Source: Chlorokybus atmophyticus
Lineage: Eukaryota > Plantae > Mesostigma and Chlorokybus algae
Length of the DNA: 64,000 nucleotides
NCBI GenBank assembly: GCA_009103225.1
Contig: RHPI01002823.1
Coordinates: 783,797 to 847,796, forward strand
Direction of reading: 5' to 3'
Below, piece by piece: positions 37,698-51,154 of the stretch. The position numbers and the translations under genes are program-made. A model generated the notes under the pieces. The model was not told the DNA's origin and made no database searches. It saw only the letters and a list, made by a program, of their open reading frames with translations. Positions within the stretch are counted from its first letter, which is position 1. Every line of letters begins with the position of its first letter.

Positions 37698-39105
37698 TAA
37701 CAATCAGACAGCAACAGTTAGCAGAGCGCATGCTGATTTGTGTAGCAGTAGCTATCAACTGGATTGTTACATACCCTTAGTCTGTTGGAGCACGGTGCGG
37801 CTATTCACAGATGGTGCTCAGCACCTAGTATCTTTCGTCTGCCATAATATTAACTACTAGCACTGTCATACATGCATTGCATTTGTCCGACTTCAATTGA
37901 ACAGTACTGACTTGGGTTCATGCCATAGTGGCTTGTGTACCTGGGCACCCGCAGTGTCGCACACACTCATGCGCACAAGGCAAGCCAGCAGACTGGCGGA
38001 GGGTAGCGCTAGGGAGGGCATCATGCTCAACACAACTACCACCACATGTATGAGGTGCTTTAGTGCACGCAACGGGGCTCAGCCTGGACTCACACACACT
38101 GGCCCACTAACCAAGACGCATCTGCAGGTGCCTGAGCTGGCCGTGCATGCCTGCCTGCCTGCATGACTAACAGGGGGGCAGTAGTGATAGGGGTAGAGTA
38201 GGCATGGTAGATAGCAGGTGCGTTGACCCCGGTGGTCGAGTTGGTGAGTTGTTGTGTTGTTAGCTTGCATGTGAATATGGCATGTTTGATATTGCACAAA
38301 TTCCCGGCTCCTTTTTTTATACACCCGACACCATCACACCCAACAGAGGCATAACATACAAATCGATGTGCTTTGCAGGGCTGTGTGTTTGTGGTCGTCA
38401 CAGACAAGGTGTTGACAGCAAAGACAGAGTTCAAGAAAGAATCCATGGGCAGCAGTCGTGCCATCCATTGTTGCTAATTCGACAAGGGTGGCAACGTCCA
38501 CACAGGCCAAGGGCTATTTTGCGCTGCACCGTACACGGGTTTGACTTTATGAGTGAAGCAGTACTCTGTATTCAGGGACGAAAGTACGAGCATAGCTCGA
38601 GTCGATACCTACAATACTAATTACCATAACCATCACGGTAATCAAAGCAACAGCAAGCTGCAGTTCTTGCAAGCAGCATGCGTGCACACAATGCCCACTG
38701 CATCATTCGCGCACAGTCTCAGTGCAAAAGGTAAAAGTCGTAGGGCAAAGAAGCATGGTTGTGCAGCCGTATAGGCGGTCAGTGCACTTGCAATTCCAGG
38801 CTATGTTACAACCAGCACACCGTTTTGCAATTGCCAACTCCACCTGAAAACTCATATGCTATGCATTCAAACTGCCGACATTCCATCACCTCACAAGCGA
38901 AGAACTTGCGTCTAAGGATTGCCACTAACCTTGTTGCGGTAGAAAGACCGCCATGAACACGCGCTTACTTGACCATTTACGTGCCAATCTGCTATGTGGT
39001 ATTGGCACCACGCAGATGACAAGTCGGCATACAAGCACTGGGACGGCAATGCTCAATGAGAACTGTAGTAGCATTGCTTCATCCAAAGTATGCCACCAAT
39101 AAACA

Positions 39106-42100
39106 CTAGTATCTGACTCGTTTCCGCCGCCTGGTGGCTGCGTCGTCCTCCAACTGGGCCCACTGCAGAGGACGCAACGTGATTAGTACTGGCTAGGTCA
39201 CATTATATGCACAAGCGGCACAGACTTGCAAATCGCTAACAGGCCAACTGCAATGCTTGTAGTACCTGATTGAGTCCGTCATCCTGTATCGAAGCGGTCT
39301 CAACAGGAGCTGGCTCTGCCTGCTCAACCTTCACCTTCACATCCTGTGTCTGCAAGGATACCAAATTGTGCAAGCTGTCGTGCTTTGCATGTCACATTGA
39401 AACAACATGGTTAAGCCACAACAACACGCAATTGCGGTGTAGCTGCAACGAGTGTGCAGCTTTGCGCGCAGCACACGAACGGACAATGCATGGATTCAGC
39501 GTGTTTGGCACAAAGCAAAACAGTACCTCTGCAGGTTCAACTGCGGGCTCAACTGGGCGGACAAGACTGATCAGTGTGGCAAGATCTCCGGTGAGTTGGG
39601 CCGCAGCAAGGGCCTGTAGCAAGTCTGCATATACAAACAAGGTATATGGGAACGACAGTAGTTAAGCAGCCGTAGTGCAGCATACTAAGCGATATGTTCT
39701 TTGCGTATGGGGTAAGCGAGGCAGTGTCACGATGCAGCAAACATGTGAACAATCAACTGCACCTTCAGGCTTGGGTTCTGCAGCAGGTTCAGGCTGCCCT
39801 GCAGGCTCTGCCTTCACAGTGACATTGCTGTCCATACGGCACTTCACATGGACAATGGGACCGCGTTCCTCCGGGCTGAGCTCAGCCGCACCATCCCTGC
39901 TGCTGTTTGCGTATGTGGCCCCTTTGAACATCCATTCCTCTTCATCAGGGTTCCAAAACACCTCAAACGATTCCCCGCACAGTGCACAACGGTCCTGTCA
40001 AGTACAGACATTGTCAGACTGCAGACCCAGCAGTGGTTTTTGGAATACACCCGAAAAAGGAATGATTAGGTTACCTGTGTATCATCTGCGGGAACAGACG
40101 ACAGAGTCGCATCCTCTTTGGGGGCTTCAGCTTCCTGAGTGTCAAAGAAGGACACAGCTGCAGAGCAAAAAAGCTGAGTTTAGCAGAAAGTATTGAAGGC
40201 CATGCAGAAGACGGACAAATAGCAATGCACTCAACAGCATGCGACCCGGAGGCACGTACCAGCATCTGTACCCTCTGTGGCTGTGCCAGTCAGCCATTCC
40301 TACAACAGTAGCAGAGTCAGTTGGCGCCCACAAACCAAAGCAGACTCATCCATGATCCGTCCTTGCACGAGCCTGGCCAAAAGCTGGCCAGGCGTGCAAA
40401 AGAGCTTGGATAACTCACACATGCATGCCTTACACCATGAGTCCAACCTTTGTTGAGACAAACCATGCGCGTGAGGACACCTTCTGTGTCTTCTGGCGCT
40501 TGGTTCTCAAGAAATGCCAATCAAGGTGCTTGCTATAAGGTTCCTGCAAATAGTACATGAGCGCTCAATTGGAAGCAGATTGCGCACATAAAGCAGCAGG
40601 GCCACGCACGCACGACATACCTGTGCAGAAAACCGCAGACCACATGTTCTACACTGATGCGTCATACTGCTGTACAGGTCATCAATGACGGACTGATGAC
40701 GCCTGCAGACAAGGAGGTGTGAGTACCGCTTACAGATTGTCAACTAATCTTTGACTGAGTGACAAGAGGCACATCTCTGCAAGGCGTACTGCTTCAGCTC
40801 CTCTGCACGGAACTCTGTGCCAAGGGACGGTGCCTTGGGCGGTGAGCTGATGGGGGCCGGTTGTTGCACTGGTGGCGTGACAGCCCTTTGGGCAGCCAGT
40901 GCTTCTGCAATAGTAGATAGAGGTGGTGGCATGGGAGGCAACGGCGGATTCGCCAAACCAGGAGGAGCTGTTGGTGGAGGTGCAGGTTGAACAACTGTTG
41001 GTTGTGCAGGAATTGGCATTCCTGACAAAAGACCCTTGGCGGCGAGTGAACTCAACAAGTCGGGTGGAAGCAACGGCGTGGGAGGAGGTTGCATTGGTGC
41101 TGGCGGTGCCGATGGGACTTGCACAGGGGCTGAGAAAGTTGGCAGCGTTGGTATTTGCATGGGAGGGGTGGCAGGCAGCGGCGGCGTGATAGGAAGCCGA
41201 GGTACAGCTGACGCGAGCATGGGTGCAACAAAGTTCCCATCGGACACTGGCATGGAGCCAGCCCGCGACCCAAAATTCAATGCAGCTGAGGAAAGCAACG
41301 AGGCCAGGAGCTCTTCGGCACTCTGCAAACGTCTTCAGTTCAAGCCTTCATGTTGGTTACTCAAGGAAGCACTTGAGACCAACAACAATGCTGCACAGAT
41401 CTGACCTTCATGCCAGCAGGCCCGATTGCTGATACTGGGGGCTGAGCTGTAGTCTGCAGCATGGGTTGTGTATCCACTGAGGGTGCAAGGCCATCCACAA
41501 AGTGATATGCCCCTGCCGGCTGCCGGGGTGGAGGCACTGTACTTGCTGGGGTTGAAGAAAACTGTTGGTACTCTGATGGATCAAACTCTGGCAGGTCAAA
41601 GTCAGGTTCAGGCTGAGCAGGTGCCCTTGACTCTGCACCTGGACGAACCCATATTGTTGGCATAGAATTGTTTGCAACTAAACCTCCTTGATCACAAATT
41701 TGCAGTTGTGATCAAGACAATGCAAGCATCCCATGCAGCCCATCTGATGTCAGTTGACTGCCCAAGTCAAGTCTAACGTGCACTTGCAAACATCAGTCTG
41801 GGATTCAGCAATACCTAGTCGTGCTTGCCGGCCACCTTTGGCTGGAGGTTGTTTAACAGGAGCATTGGGATCGCGCACCCACTTGTAGCTGTTCACGCTC
41901 CCGTTCTGTAACGCACTGGTCAGTGAGAAACGGATTGCTCGTGCACGCAACTGCATGGCATGCTACCAAACATGTCAACTGGAAGAACACAGGACTCGGC
42001 ACCATGTACAAGCCTACTGCCACAAGTTTGCTGTGCTTAACTCACCTTAGGCTTGCCAGCGCCTGGTCGACCAGCTGCACCAGTCTGGTAGGGAGCCCCG

Positions 42101-44427
42101 CGACCAATGGGTTTTAGTGGTGGCAACTCTGCAATGGCGAAACGCATAAGGGAACTCAGCTCTCCCAACTTACTCCATGATGCTTGAACTGTGCTAACGC
42201 ACCTGCAGGGTTGAGCACTTTGAGCTCCACATCCAATTCCTGCAGGATGTCAGCTGGAAAAACTCCCGACCAAGTGCGAAACAAGTGTGACAAAGATGAC
42301 CGCACATCAGGCTCTTGGTACCACATGTGACGAAACACCTGCGAGGCAACAGCAGCATCATCACTGCAAGCACTGTGAACAACACTGGCAAGGGCAAGTG
42401 ATAGGGTGATACAACTCACCTGGACCAGACGACTAGACAGGCGATCTATGTACGGCTGTTTGATGTTTTTTGCAATGCTATCTAGCAGGTACATCAGTGG
42501 TAATTTTGAAACCTTGTCCACCTGCGGCATGTATACACATGGTAGTAAGCACTATCTGCATCTGCCCATGAAAGTTATAAACATACCTGAATGATGCGAT
42601 TGCAAATGGCTGCAGCAATCTCAGCCGCAAACTTTGCACTTTCGCCAGCTACAATTGTCAGCTTGCTTATAAGGGGCTTGCTGTTGAAAGTCAACTCTTC
42701 CAGTGCAATGGCAAACTGCAAGATAGGAGTCGGCAGGTTACAGAACAAGGAGATAGCAACCACAACACATAATGGTGTAGCAAGTACATCTGACAAGTCA
42801 TGATGCATACATCTTTGCCCCGGATGGGTCGGCCCTCCACAGACTTTGCGTCCACAGCACCATTGGCAGAGCTCTGCGGCAGGTATGTAGGGCGTGCGGC
42901 GGGTTGAATAGTGGTGCTGGCAGGCTGGCGAGGCGCTGCAATCAAGTGCATGCTACACAAGTTAACAGCATGACAGGCACGATGACAGGTGTTGGGCTTG
43001 CATCAACGTTGGCAGATTAACTACAACTACCCTAAAGACCCCAAGTCCATGCAACCAAGATCACCTGCGGGCTGCTGGAGAACCTTCAGGTTGGAGTCGA
43101 TGGCTTTCAGGACTTCAGCAGGGAAGACCCCAGACCACGTTCGGAACAAGTGCACAAGTGCTGTCTGATTGCCAACCTCACTGTACCATGCCGCACGGAA
43201 AACCTGCGTGTATATGCACTCAGAATAGAGCACAGCAGACATGTGGTGGATAATGGATTGTACCTCAGGCAGCCGCTGGCTGATTAAAGGTATGTACGGG
43301 CCTTGAATGTTCTTCACTATGCTGTCCAGCAAGTACATGGTGGGAAGCTTGATGCCTTTGTCAACCTAACAGAGCAAAACTGTTTTGCTTACCTCTTACC
43401 TTGCGGCAGACAGGCCGACTAGAAGTGGGCTGTCAGAGCATGCACTGCCTGCCCCAACTTGGTGAAGGCGCGAGAGCTAAACAAACTTACCTCCATGATG
43501 CGGTTGCAAATGACATGGACAATTTCTGAAGCATGCGCAATATTCTCGCCAGCAACCATTGTCAGTTTATTGATCAGCGGTTTGCTGTTGAATGTGAGGT
43601 CACCCATTGCCTCCGTGTACTGCAGGTTACCAACCGGTGAGACGAGGGCGCAAAAGAAGACCGCAAGTAGCAGAGTCTCCTCAACCATGCTTTGCAACCA
43701 AGTCCGTGCATCCGCGCAGCTACCATTCAACTATGGTGCACAAAGGGCAGCTGGCGTATGGGGCTGGCGTATATGGCACAAGCGAAGTGCTCTTGGGTAG
43801 GGCATGCTGGCAGACCAGTTGCGGAGCAAAACGAAAAGAGAGGTGTAACACAAGTGCAGTTGTTGCGACGCATGCCACAGCCATGTTGCAAGCACTCACC
43901 AATGTACCATCACCAAGTAAACAAACAAAGTGAAAGCACAAGACAGCTGGATAGAGTGAAGCATGCCAATGACAACCATCGAACAAGCATTGTGCGCAAT
44001 ACACCGCACACAGAGGTCATACCGGTAATCATACCAGAAAACCTCGTTTCAATGATGATAAGCATGCCTACAAACCAGGGCAACAACAACAGAAAAAAAG
44101 GACTTCCAGAAATCCAGGCGCACTTCGTCAGCGTGCGCTGCTGAAAGCTTATTATACCTGTAATGCAAAAGCACTGGTTGGAACTGCCGGTGCTGCCATC
44201 GCACCAATGGTCTGCGCAGCAGTAGCCATGCTGCTTCTGTTAATCGATCAGAAGGCAGTAAGAGAGATGACAGAAAGGCCGACACAACTTTACAGAGCAG
44301 CAAGCAGTGTCTGTGACATCCTTCTGTACCACCCCAAGCACAGCTCCAGATCCCTGTGTGCAATCAATTTCGCACATGGAAGCGCACTCAACAAAGACAC
44401 AGCTTCCTCCAACGCCGTCCCTGCCAT
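39106..44427 (-). CDS. PCF11: PCF11/PCFS4-like 3'-end processing factor with two CID domains and C-terminal zinc fingers; start tentative
   Basis: Two copies of LTFNSKPLI.KLT..AGE / KLP.MYLLDSI.KNI..PY / L.HLFRTWSGVFP, a Pro-rich middle, QCRTCGLRF...KHLDWHF...SRAWFVS and CALCGESFEVFWNPDEEEWMFKGA...IVHVKC. Ends RRRKRVRY* (TAG 39106-39108). Exons upstream of 43626 are uncertain. Confidence 0.88.
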
Positions 44428-44477
44428 CCCGCCCGCCGCCACCGCCACCACTGCGGCCGACTAGAAACACTACGCCT

Positions 44478-44486
44478 AAACCCTAA
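44478..44486 (+). promoter_or_regulatory. Telo-box between the divergent PCF11 and C2 genes
   Basis: CTAAACCCTAAAC lies between the tentative ATG at 44427 (-) and the ATG at 44868 (+). Confidence 0.5.
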
Positions 44487-44867
44487 ACGGTGCGAACGAA
44501 CAAACAAACGTAATGCTAATAAGCAAATGTAAACGTTAGCACTCGGCGACCCCTCTTGCTGGCTTCCGTTCGTTAGATTGCTCTTCCGCAGCATGCTCTA
44601 GACTGCCACGTGTAGCGCTCTGCTTGCCTCCCGGCCGCAGGTGGTGGTGAAGAGGGTTGTCTGGGTTGTCGTCGTCGCCCATAGCAGGAGTACGACAGCC
44701 CGTTTCAGCGTCAGTTGTTGAGAGCGCAGTAGTCTAGTCTGGTACGTCGTGGAGGGGACAGGTGGAACCAGGCTTGGCTTCTGAGTGTGAGTGTAAGATT
44801 GAGCTTCAGTTCAGGCTTGCAGGCTTGCAGGCTTAAAGCTGTGAGCTTCAAGCGAGCGCGTGTGGAC

Positions 44868-46872
44868 ATGGCGGGAGTGGTCACCATAACTTGTGAGTTG
44901 GTATCTGTGTTCGTGTGTTGTGAGCGTTTGTTTCTTGTATGATGCTGCTGGTAGCTTATGGCTCACGTGTTCTGGTATGCTGGTACTTGTGCCAGCTTAT
45001 GTATGACCTTTGTTGGGCACGTGGTTGGTCAGCTTTCTTCCTTATCTTTGTATGTTTCTTCTGCAGTGCACTCAGCAGAAGGGCTGAAAGAAACTGAAGT
45101 TATCAGCCCAGGTGCGTACAGGCATGCAGCTCTGTGCCTCTGCTTTGCTCTGACTGGCTTCAAGTCGCATGCATGTTCAAGAGAGTACTAACGCTCACCA
45201 TGCAAACACTACAGCCGAGAGGAAAGCGCCCTATGCAGTCATTCAGGTATGCGTTTGCATGCTTGCTTATTCAGCTAGCTGTATGTGTGCGTGTGTGCGC
45301 GCGCATGCTTGTATGCATGTATAAGCTCCTGCGCATGTGTCTGTTAACATATGGTTATGTGTGTGGATGCATGCGCCTGTTTGTAATCCCGTTGCTCAAG
45401 TGTTCTACAACACAGGTTGGGCGGCAGCAGCAGAAAACAGAAGATAAGCCATGGGCAGAGGTGCATGCGGGCCCAGGGCGTGTTGTATGGGAGACCGAGT
45501 TCACTTTCACAGACGTGCCGGACATGGTTGTGGAAGCAACCGTAAATATCTTCCAGCACAGCGTGTTTACCGAAGACCACCTCGGATACGTGACGTAAGC
45601 CTGAACTTGATGCTGTGAGGGTTTCGCGGCCTCAGCAGCATGGTGCAGATTTCATGCTTATGTATTCTCTGTCTTGCAGGATACCGCTTGTTAGCGTGCG
45701 CGAGCGAGGTGAGGTTGAAGACAAGTACCAGCTTGTGTTTCAAGGGCACACGCAAGCTTCAGTGGCCGTCAAGCTGCGCTATGAGGTATAAAGTGGCTTG
45801 TTCAAGTTCGAGTGCCTGAGCATGTGCATGCGCATGAGCAAGTGTGCATGCATGTCTGTGTGTATGCGAGCGCGTGTGTGTGTTTCTGTACTCAACAACG
45901 CTCAACTCTTCCAGCCAACAAAGACTCTGCAGCGCCGCTCATCCTTTGCAGCATCAGCGTATGCTGCTGCCGAGCAAGGCATGCGCCCGGAACTGACTGA
46001 CTCCGACGATGATGAACTGGCAACCACGCGTGCGGGGCCCCTCACAGTCACGGCACCTCCGCAACAGCAGCTTCAGGAGCAGTGGCAGCGCCAGCAACAG
46101 GAGTGGGCGAACGCGGGCGGCTCTGTCTGCGGTGCCTGCATGCAGGTGAGAGGTGCCTTGCATGTTGGGTTGTTGTTAGTGTTGTTGCTGCTGCTGTTGC
46201 TGTTTTTGTTGATGATGCCAACGCTGCAAACATTGTCTACCTTCTGCAGCGCCTTTGCATACGTAATCACTGCTATCTATGTCAAGTCATGCCACCTGTT
46301 ACAGTGGGCGTATGTGTTGTCCTTTTCACACATGCGTGTGCATGCAGATTTTTGTATGTAGAAAAATCATTACAGCAAACTGGTACTTGGTTGTGTTCAG
46401 GTGACGCCTCCCAACGCAAAGTTTTGCGTGCGATGTGGGACGCGGCTTGGTTCAGACGCCTCCATGCGCCAACCGTCCGGACCATACTTCCAACCCGGGC
46501 CGGCAGGTCCTCCGCCTCCCGGTTACCCCGGAACAGCGCAGAACGGGTACTATCCTCCTCCCCCGCCGCCGCCAGCAGCTGGCTACCCTGGCTATCCGCC
46601 CTACCAACAGCCTCAATATGTGGTTGTGGATGATGACCCCTACCGATACGGGTAAGTCTGTACGTGCAATGCGTGACTCATTACGCGTGCATGCGCGTAT
46701 ACATATATGTACGCACACGTGTGCGTTGGGAGAGCATACTGGTTGCAGATTACTGATTGCTGTTCTGTGGCATTGCAGAAACCGTTACAACACGTCAAAC
46801 TCACGCAACAACGGACTGTATCTTGGTGGCGCCCTACTGGGCGGTCTACTCCTGGGTGACATTTTGTTCTAG
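44868..46872 (+). CDS. C2-domain protein with zinc ribbon and Pro/Tyr-rich tail (SRC2-like)
   Basis: MAGVVTIT|LHSAEGLKE...APYAVIQ|VG...VWETEFTF...DHLGYVT|IPL, then CGACMQ|VTPPNAKFCVRCG, PPPPGYP repeats and LYLGGALLGGLLLGDILF*. Confidence 0.8.
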
Positions 46873-47993
46873 TCTTTAGTGAGGAGGCCTTTGTGTACAT
46901 AGTGTGCTTCTTTTTGTGTCAGTAGTCGTGTTGTTGTCTGGGAAGCGTATGCAATAAGCTGTGGATTATGCAGCAGTAGGCTTGTTTGACAAACCAGTCT
47001 TGGTACGAAGGTGAACAGAGGTCTGAGAGTAGAAAGCAGTTATTGAGATCGTCAGTGCTCACTTTTTTGCTATGGAAAAGCTGGTTACTGTGAGTGTGTC
47101 CAGTAGGGTGCTTTCCCATTTACTTCTAACAATGTAGAGTGAAAGGAGAAGGAAGGACTTGTGACTGAAATGTATCGTAGATAGAATGCAAGGATTGTGG
47201 CATGCATGAGAGTGTGATGCTGCACTATGTCCGCAGCTCCGGACAAGTGCATGTGCAGTACAGACTTTGTGGCAGGTAGTTTGGCAGATCTGTCCTAACT
47301 GCCACTGCCTGCTCCACTGCCTACTCATTGCACGCACATGGGTAGCAGCCCCCTTAGTGTAGCTAGCAAGCTCTGTGTTGCTTGCTGCTTGTTGTGGTGT
47401 TTGTTGCTTTTATTGTGGTTGTGTTGCTACTGGCTGCTGTGGTTGCTTGTTGGCCCCTGTGCTATACCCTTTACTTTGCACATGAGATGGAGACTCCAGA
47501 CTGTTGTGCCTACGTGGAGGAATGCTAGCAGCAGAAAAACAAATCGACTGATGATAGATATGTTGACAGCTTTTTATCAGCGTCATCAGTATGCATGTTG
47601 ACCACAGTGCACAAAGTGCTGCACACATCAATAATAGTTGGGTATGCACATCTGCACTGAATGGTATTATTAAGTATTGCTATGCTACAAAGCAGTGCGT
47701 GAAAACAAGAGATTACCTAGCCCCAAGAAATATGTACGTAGTGCATATCGGATGTATATGTATTGTGGCGTCGGATGCATGCGCGAGCATCAAGATATGA
47801 GCTTGCTGAGAATCTCGCCACCGGCAACAGCCGCAGCCGCTATGCCAAACCCTCCTTTGCGATGATCCCTGCCAAGTATAGCACGACATTGATGCGGCTT
47901 CAATGATGATTCGTTATATGTAATGCTAATGTCAGGATGATATTGTATGTGTACATGGTTTACGTCGTGGTCATTGTGTTATCTGCATGTCTC

Positions 47994-49838
47994 TCACCTT
48001 GTAGCCGTGTCATCCTTTGCAGATTGCAGTTGCTCGCTGTTGACGCGGTCCAAACGCTCTTTCTTCCCGCTCGGCTCCAGCACCCCGCAGTGCGCGCAGT
48101 ACGAGCACTCCTTGTGCACGGGGCCCTTGCACGCCCAACACTGCCGCCAGTCGGTGTGGACCTGCGTGCATGCAAAACAAAAGAGAGAGCTGGCTTGGAC
48201 ATACATTGGGGCGCGCTCATGTGTACATGTGTGGGGGCCTGTTCGAGCGTGCGAGTGTGCGAGCGAGTGCATGTGTGCGCACATGGTCCACCTGCGCGTT
48301 TTCATAAAAGCGAGCTCGCGTGCGTGCGTGCGTTCGTGCGTGCGTGTGTGCGTGCGCACATGTGCGGCTGCCAGTCTTTGCATGCAAGATACACGCATGC
48401 ATGTGCACGTGCACCACAACCACTCATGACCACACGCCCGTCTCAACAATCAACCACACTCACCGGGCTGGGTGGCCGTAGGGCGTACTCTCCCTCGTGA
48501 TCCGTCAGCGAGCTGAATCGCATTCCGATGGTGATCGTCCCGCACGGCTTGTCCTCGTAGATCACCGGGTACGTTGCGTCGTTGGCGCCCACCTTCTTCA
48601 CCTCCGCCAGCGGCAACCTGGAGACGAGACGAAAACACGTTCTCAGCCTTGTCACTCACGGCCATCCCAACATGTGAATTATGAGTGCGCGCACGCATAC
48701 ATGAGTGTGTATGTATGTGTATACGTGTGCATGCATGCGTGAGTACGGAAGTCTGTGCATGTGTATGCATGTATGCGTTAGTGTCTACGTGCGTGTGCGT
48801 GCATCCGTCAGGGCATGTACATACGTGACGCGGCCGAGGCATTCGTCATGGAACGTATGGTCATGAAACACGTGCAGCACGGCGTAGTTCATGGACTCCG
48901 GGATGTTTCGGAAGACGAGCGTCTCGTCCCACACGCAGTTCTGGTGATGCTCCTCCTCCTCTCCTCCCGCAGGCACGTCCGCGTGGTTGGACGCGTCTTT
49001 CGTCAACAAACGAGTGCGCTGGAGCTTCTGACCAACTTCGACCTGAACGTATGGACACTTCTTTCCTGTAAACACAAAAGTGGCGATGATTAACACAATG
49101 TACAACAAAATGACATTAGATCCACACAAGCTGACACAACAGGACAAGCACAAGCACACAACAAAAATTGAGCGATAAGCTTTTTGCTGATGTCACTGCG
49201 GTTGGTTGATTTGGTCCAGGGAGTGAGCAACAGCAAGAACAGGTTTCGCAAAAAGGAAGCAGAGATAAAGTTAACTAGCATTACACATACAACAGGTTAC
49301 GGCTAAAACCAAATGGTAGTTACTTGGAATAATGTGAGAGGAATGCAGAAGAAAACGTTGGGGACAAACGAGAAAGCACACGATCAATGCGCAGTACATG
49401 AATAATTGTGTGAAAGCGGAGGACAGGTTGCAATGTTCCTTGCTTCGGTGAGTGCATGTTTGGGATTTGGTTATGTTCATTGCCACTTGTTTTACTACTT
49501 ACTTGAGAGGACGGCGCGTTTGGAGCCCCGGAGGCCTTCAGCTTTGATCACTGCAATGCATCAAAAAGGTAGACACAGCCAGCGTTGAATCACACACAGG
49601 CTTCTGGAACATTGTATTGTTGCTGTGCGCTGATTCTCTGTTGCTATGTTGCTTAGAAGAAATGATCTTTATTATCAAGAAAGAGCAACAATGTCTTGGC
49701 TGTTTGCAACACGGTCTTTGCGCATTGTGCACACACACATGCAACTGTGCAGAACACAGCAAGAGTGTGCGTGTGTGTGCTTGTGCGTGTCTTCTACAAA
49801 TATCACTCACCTTTCACCTCCAGTACGCCATTCGGCAT
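47994..49838 (-). CDS. C2-domain protein with zinc ribbon (paralogue of 44868-46872)
   Basis: MPNGVLEVK|VIKAEGLRG...|RKKCPYVQVEVG...VWDETLVF...DECLGRVT|LPL...GTITIGMRF, then CWACKGPVHKECSYCAHCG. TGA at 47994-47996. Confidence 0.8.
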
Positions 49839-51154
49839 TGCTGCAGCACCTGCACCAAGCCAGGTGCAATGACACACACAGCAGCTTCCCCCTTGTCACA
49901 TATTCAAGCAATGCACAAACAGGAAAGCTAGCTAAGCCGACGCTGCATTGCTCATGACATGCCTTACGCCGCCGCCGCCGCCGCCGCTTACTACAAGGCC
50001 GAGCCACGCATCAACTATGAATAATCATCATCCTCAAGGGACTAGGCGTCACGTTATCAAGCTTGCGTGCGTTGATGGCGGTTCTCAAGGTGCTGCCATG
50101 GGTAACGTGATAATGCGGAAAGGTTTGGCAACAGTTGCATGGAAGAAGTGACGAACGAACTTGGAGGAGGGTGCATTGCCATTGGCAATCTGCCAGGCAT
50201 TGGTCAGCAAGGGTGTCAGCGCGCGCTTGCGTGGCGTCACGGAACTTCTTCCCGTTACTGTACCTACAACAGGACACTTCACCCTCGAAGAGCATACCGT
50301 CTACCGTCCATGTATTGACCTTGTTTCGAGCATATTGGCACTCATAAAGAATGTCACTAGAGCGCCTCGATATAGTGACAGTGGTCACTAGAGCTCACCT
50401 CGTTGTAGTGATATACATGTAATGTCATTTAGTGGCGTATTTATACAATTGATACCTACTATGCGGTGACAGCTGGTTAATACATCGAGACGATGGTCAG
50501 TAGTAATGCTTGCAATGTTGCAAGCTTTGCACCAACCATTGCACTTACATAATGCAAACCGCAATACATGGACGCCATTATGTATACCCTCTTTACAACG
50601 ACGCTCTCTACTAGCGTCGTCGGTTCTTACAACAAGTGTGATGGTCACCTTAAAGGGCGACCTTTGCCACATGTAAATTTGTTCGCTTGAAATGTACTGC
50701 AATTGAGAGGGTGTCATCGATAGATTGTAATCACAGCAAGGGTAGATTGTACAATATAATTTTCATTCAGGTATGTCTTGGCGGGGTTATGCGCTTGGCA
50801 CTTAAGAGTATAACATGAATTGCGAGCATAAAGTATATATTTATATATGGATGTTGATCATCAAGAGTGTAAGTATGCTATAAAAGTGATCTTGCTCATT
50901 ACATACAACCTATCGCCGTACCCATCCCGCTCATTCCGCTCGTTCCGCTTTACGCAATACTCATCACACCACACCCGAATGATACCCCTCTTGCATCTTT
51001 TATACCCATCAGCTCATTCAACATATATAACACGATATAGCTTATGCTATACTCAAGATTGCTGTGCGCAATTATGCATATTATTTCCTTGAATGTTATA
51101 TGTTCACAAACTTGTCAAATCTGCATGAAATTATGTGTTACAAATGTTTATGGC

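Noticed and set aside
37900-38960. Short ORFs between CTF18 and PCF11, and the many CA/GT-rich ORFs throughout the track
   Set aside because: No domain motifs or splice-consistent exon chains. They are consistent with UTR or intron sequence.
312-46872. Alternative genetic code (TAA/TAG read as Gln, as in some ulvophytes)
   Set aside because: The Mpv17-like, RRP9, PCF11 and C2 genes end at TAG at the expected C-termini, and conserved exons contain no in-frame TAA or TAG.
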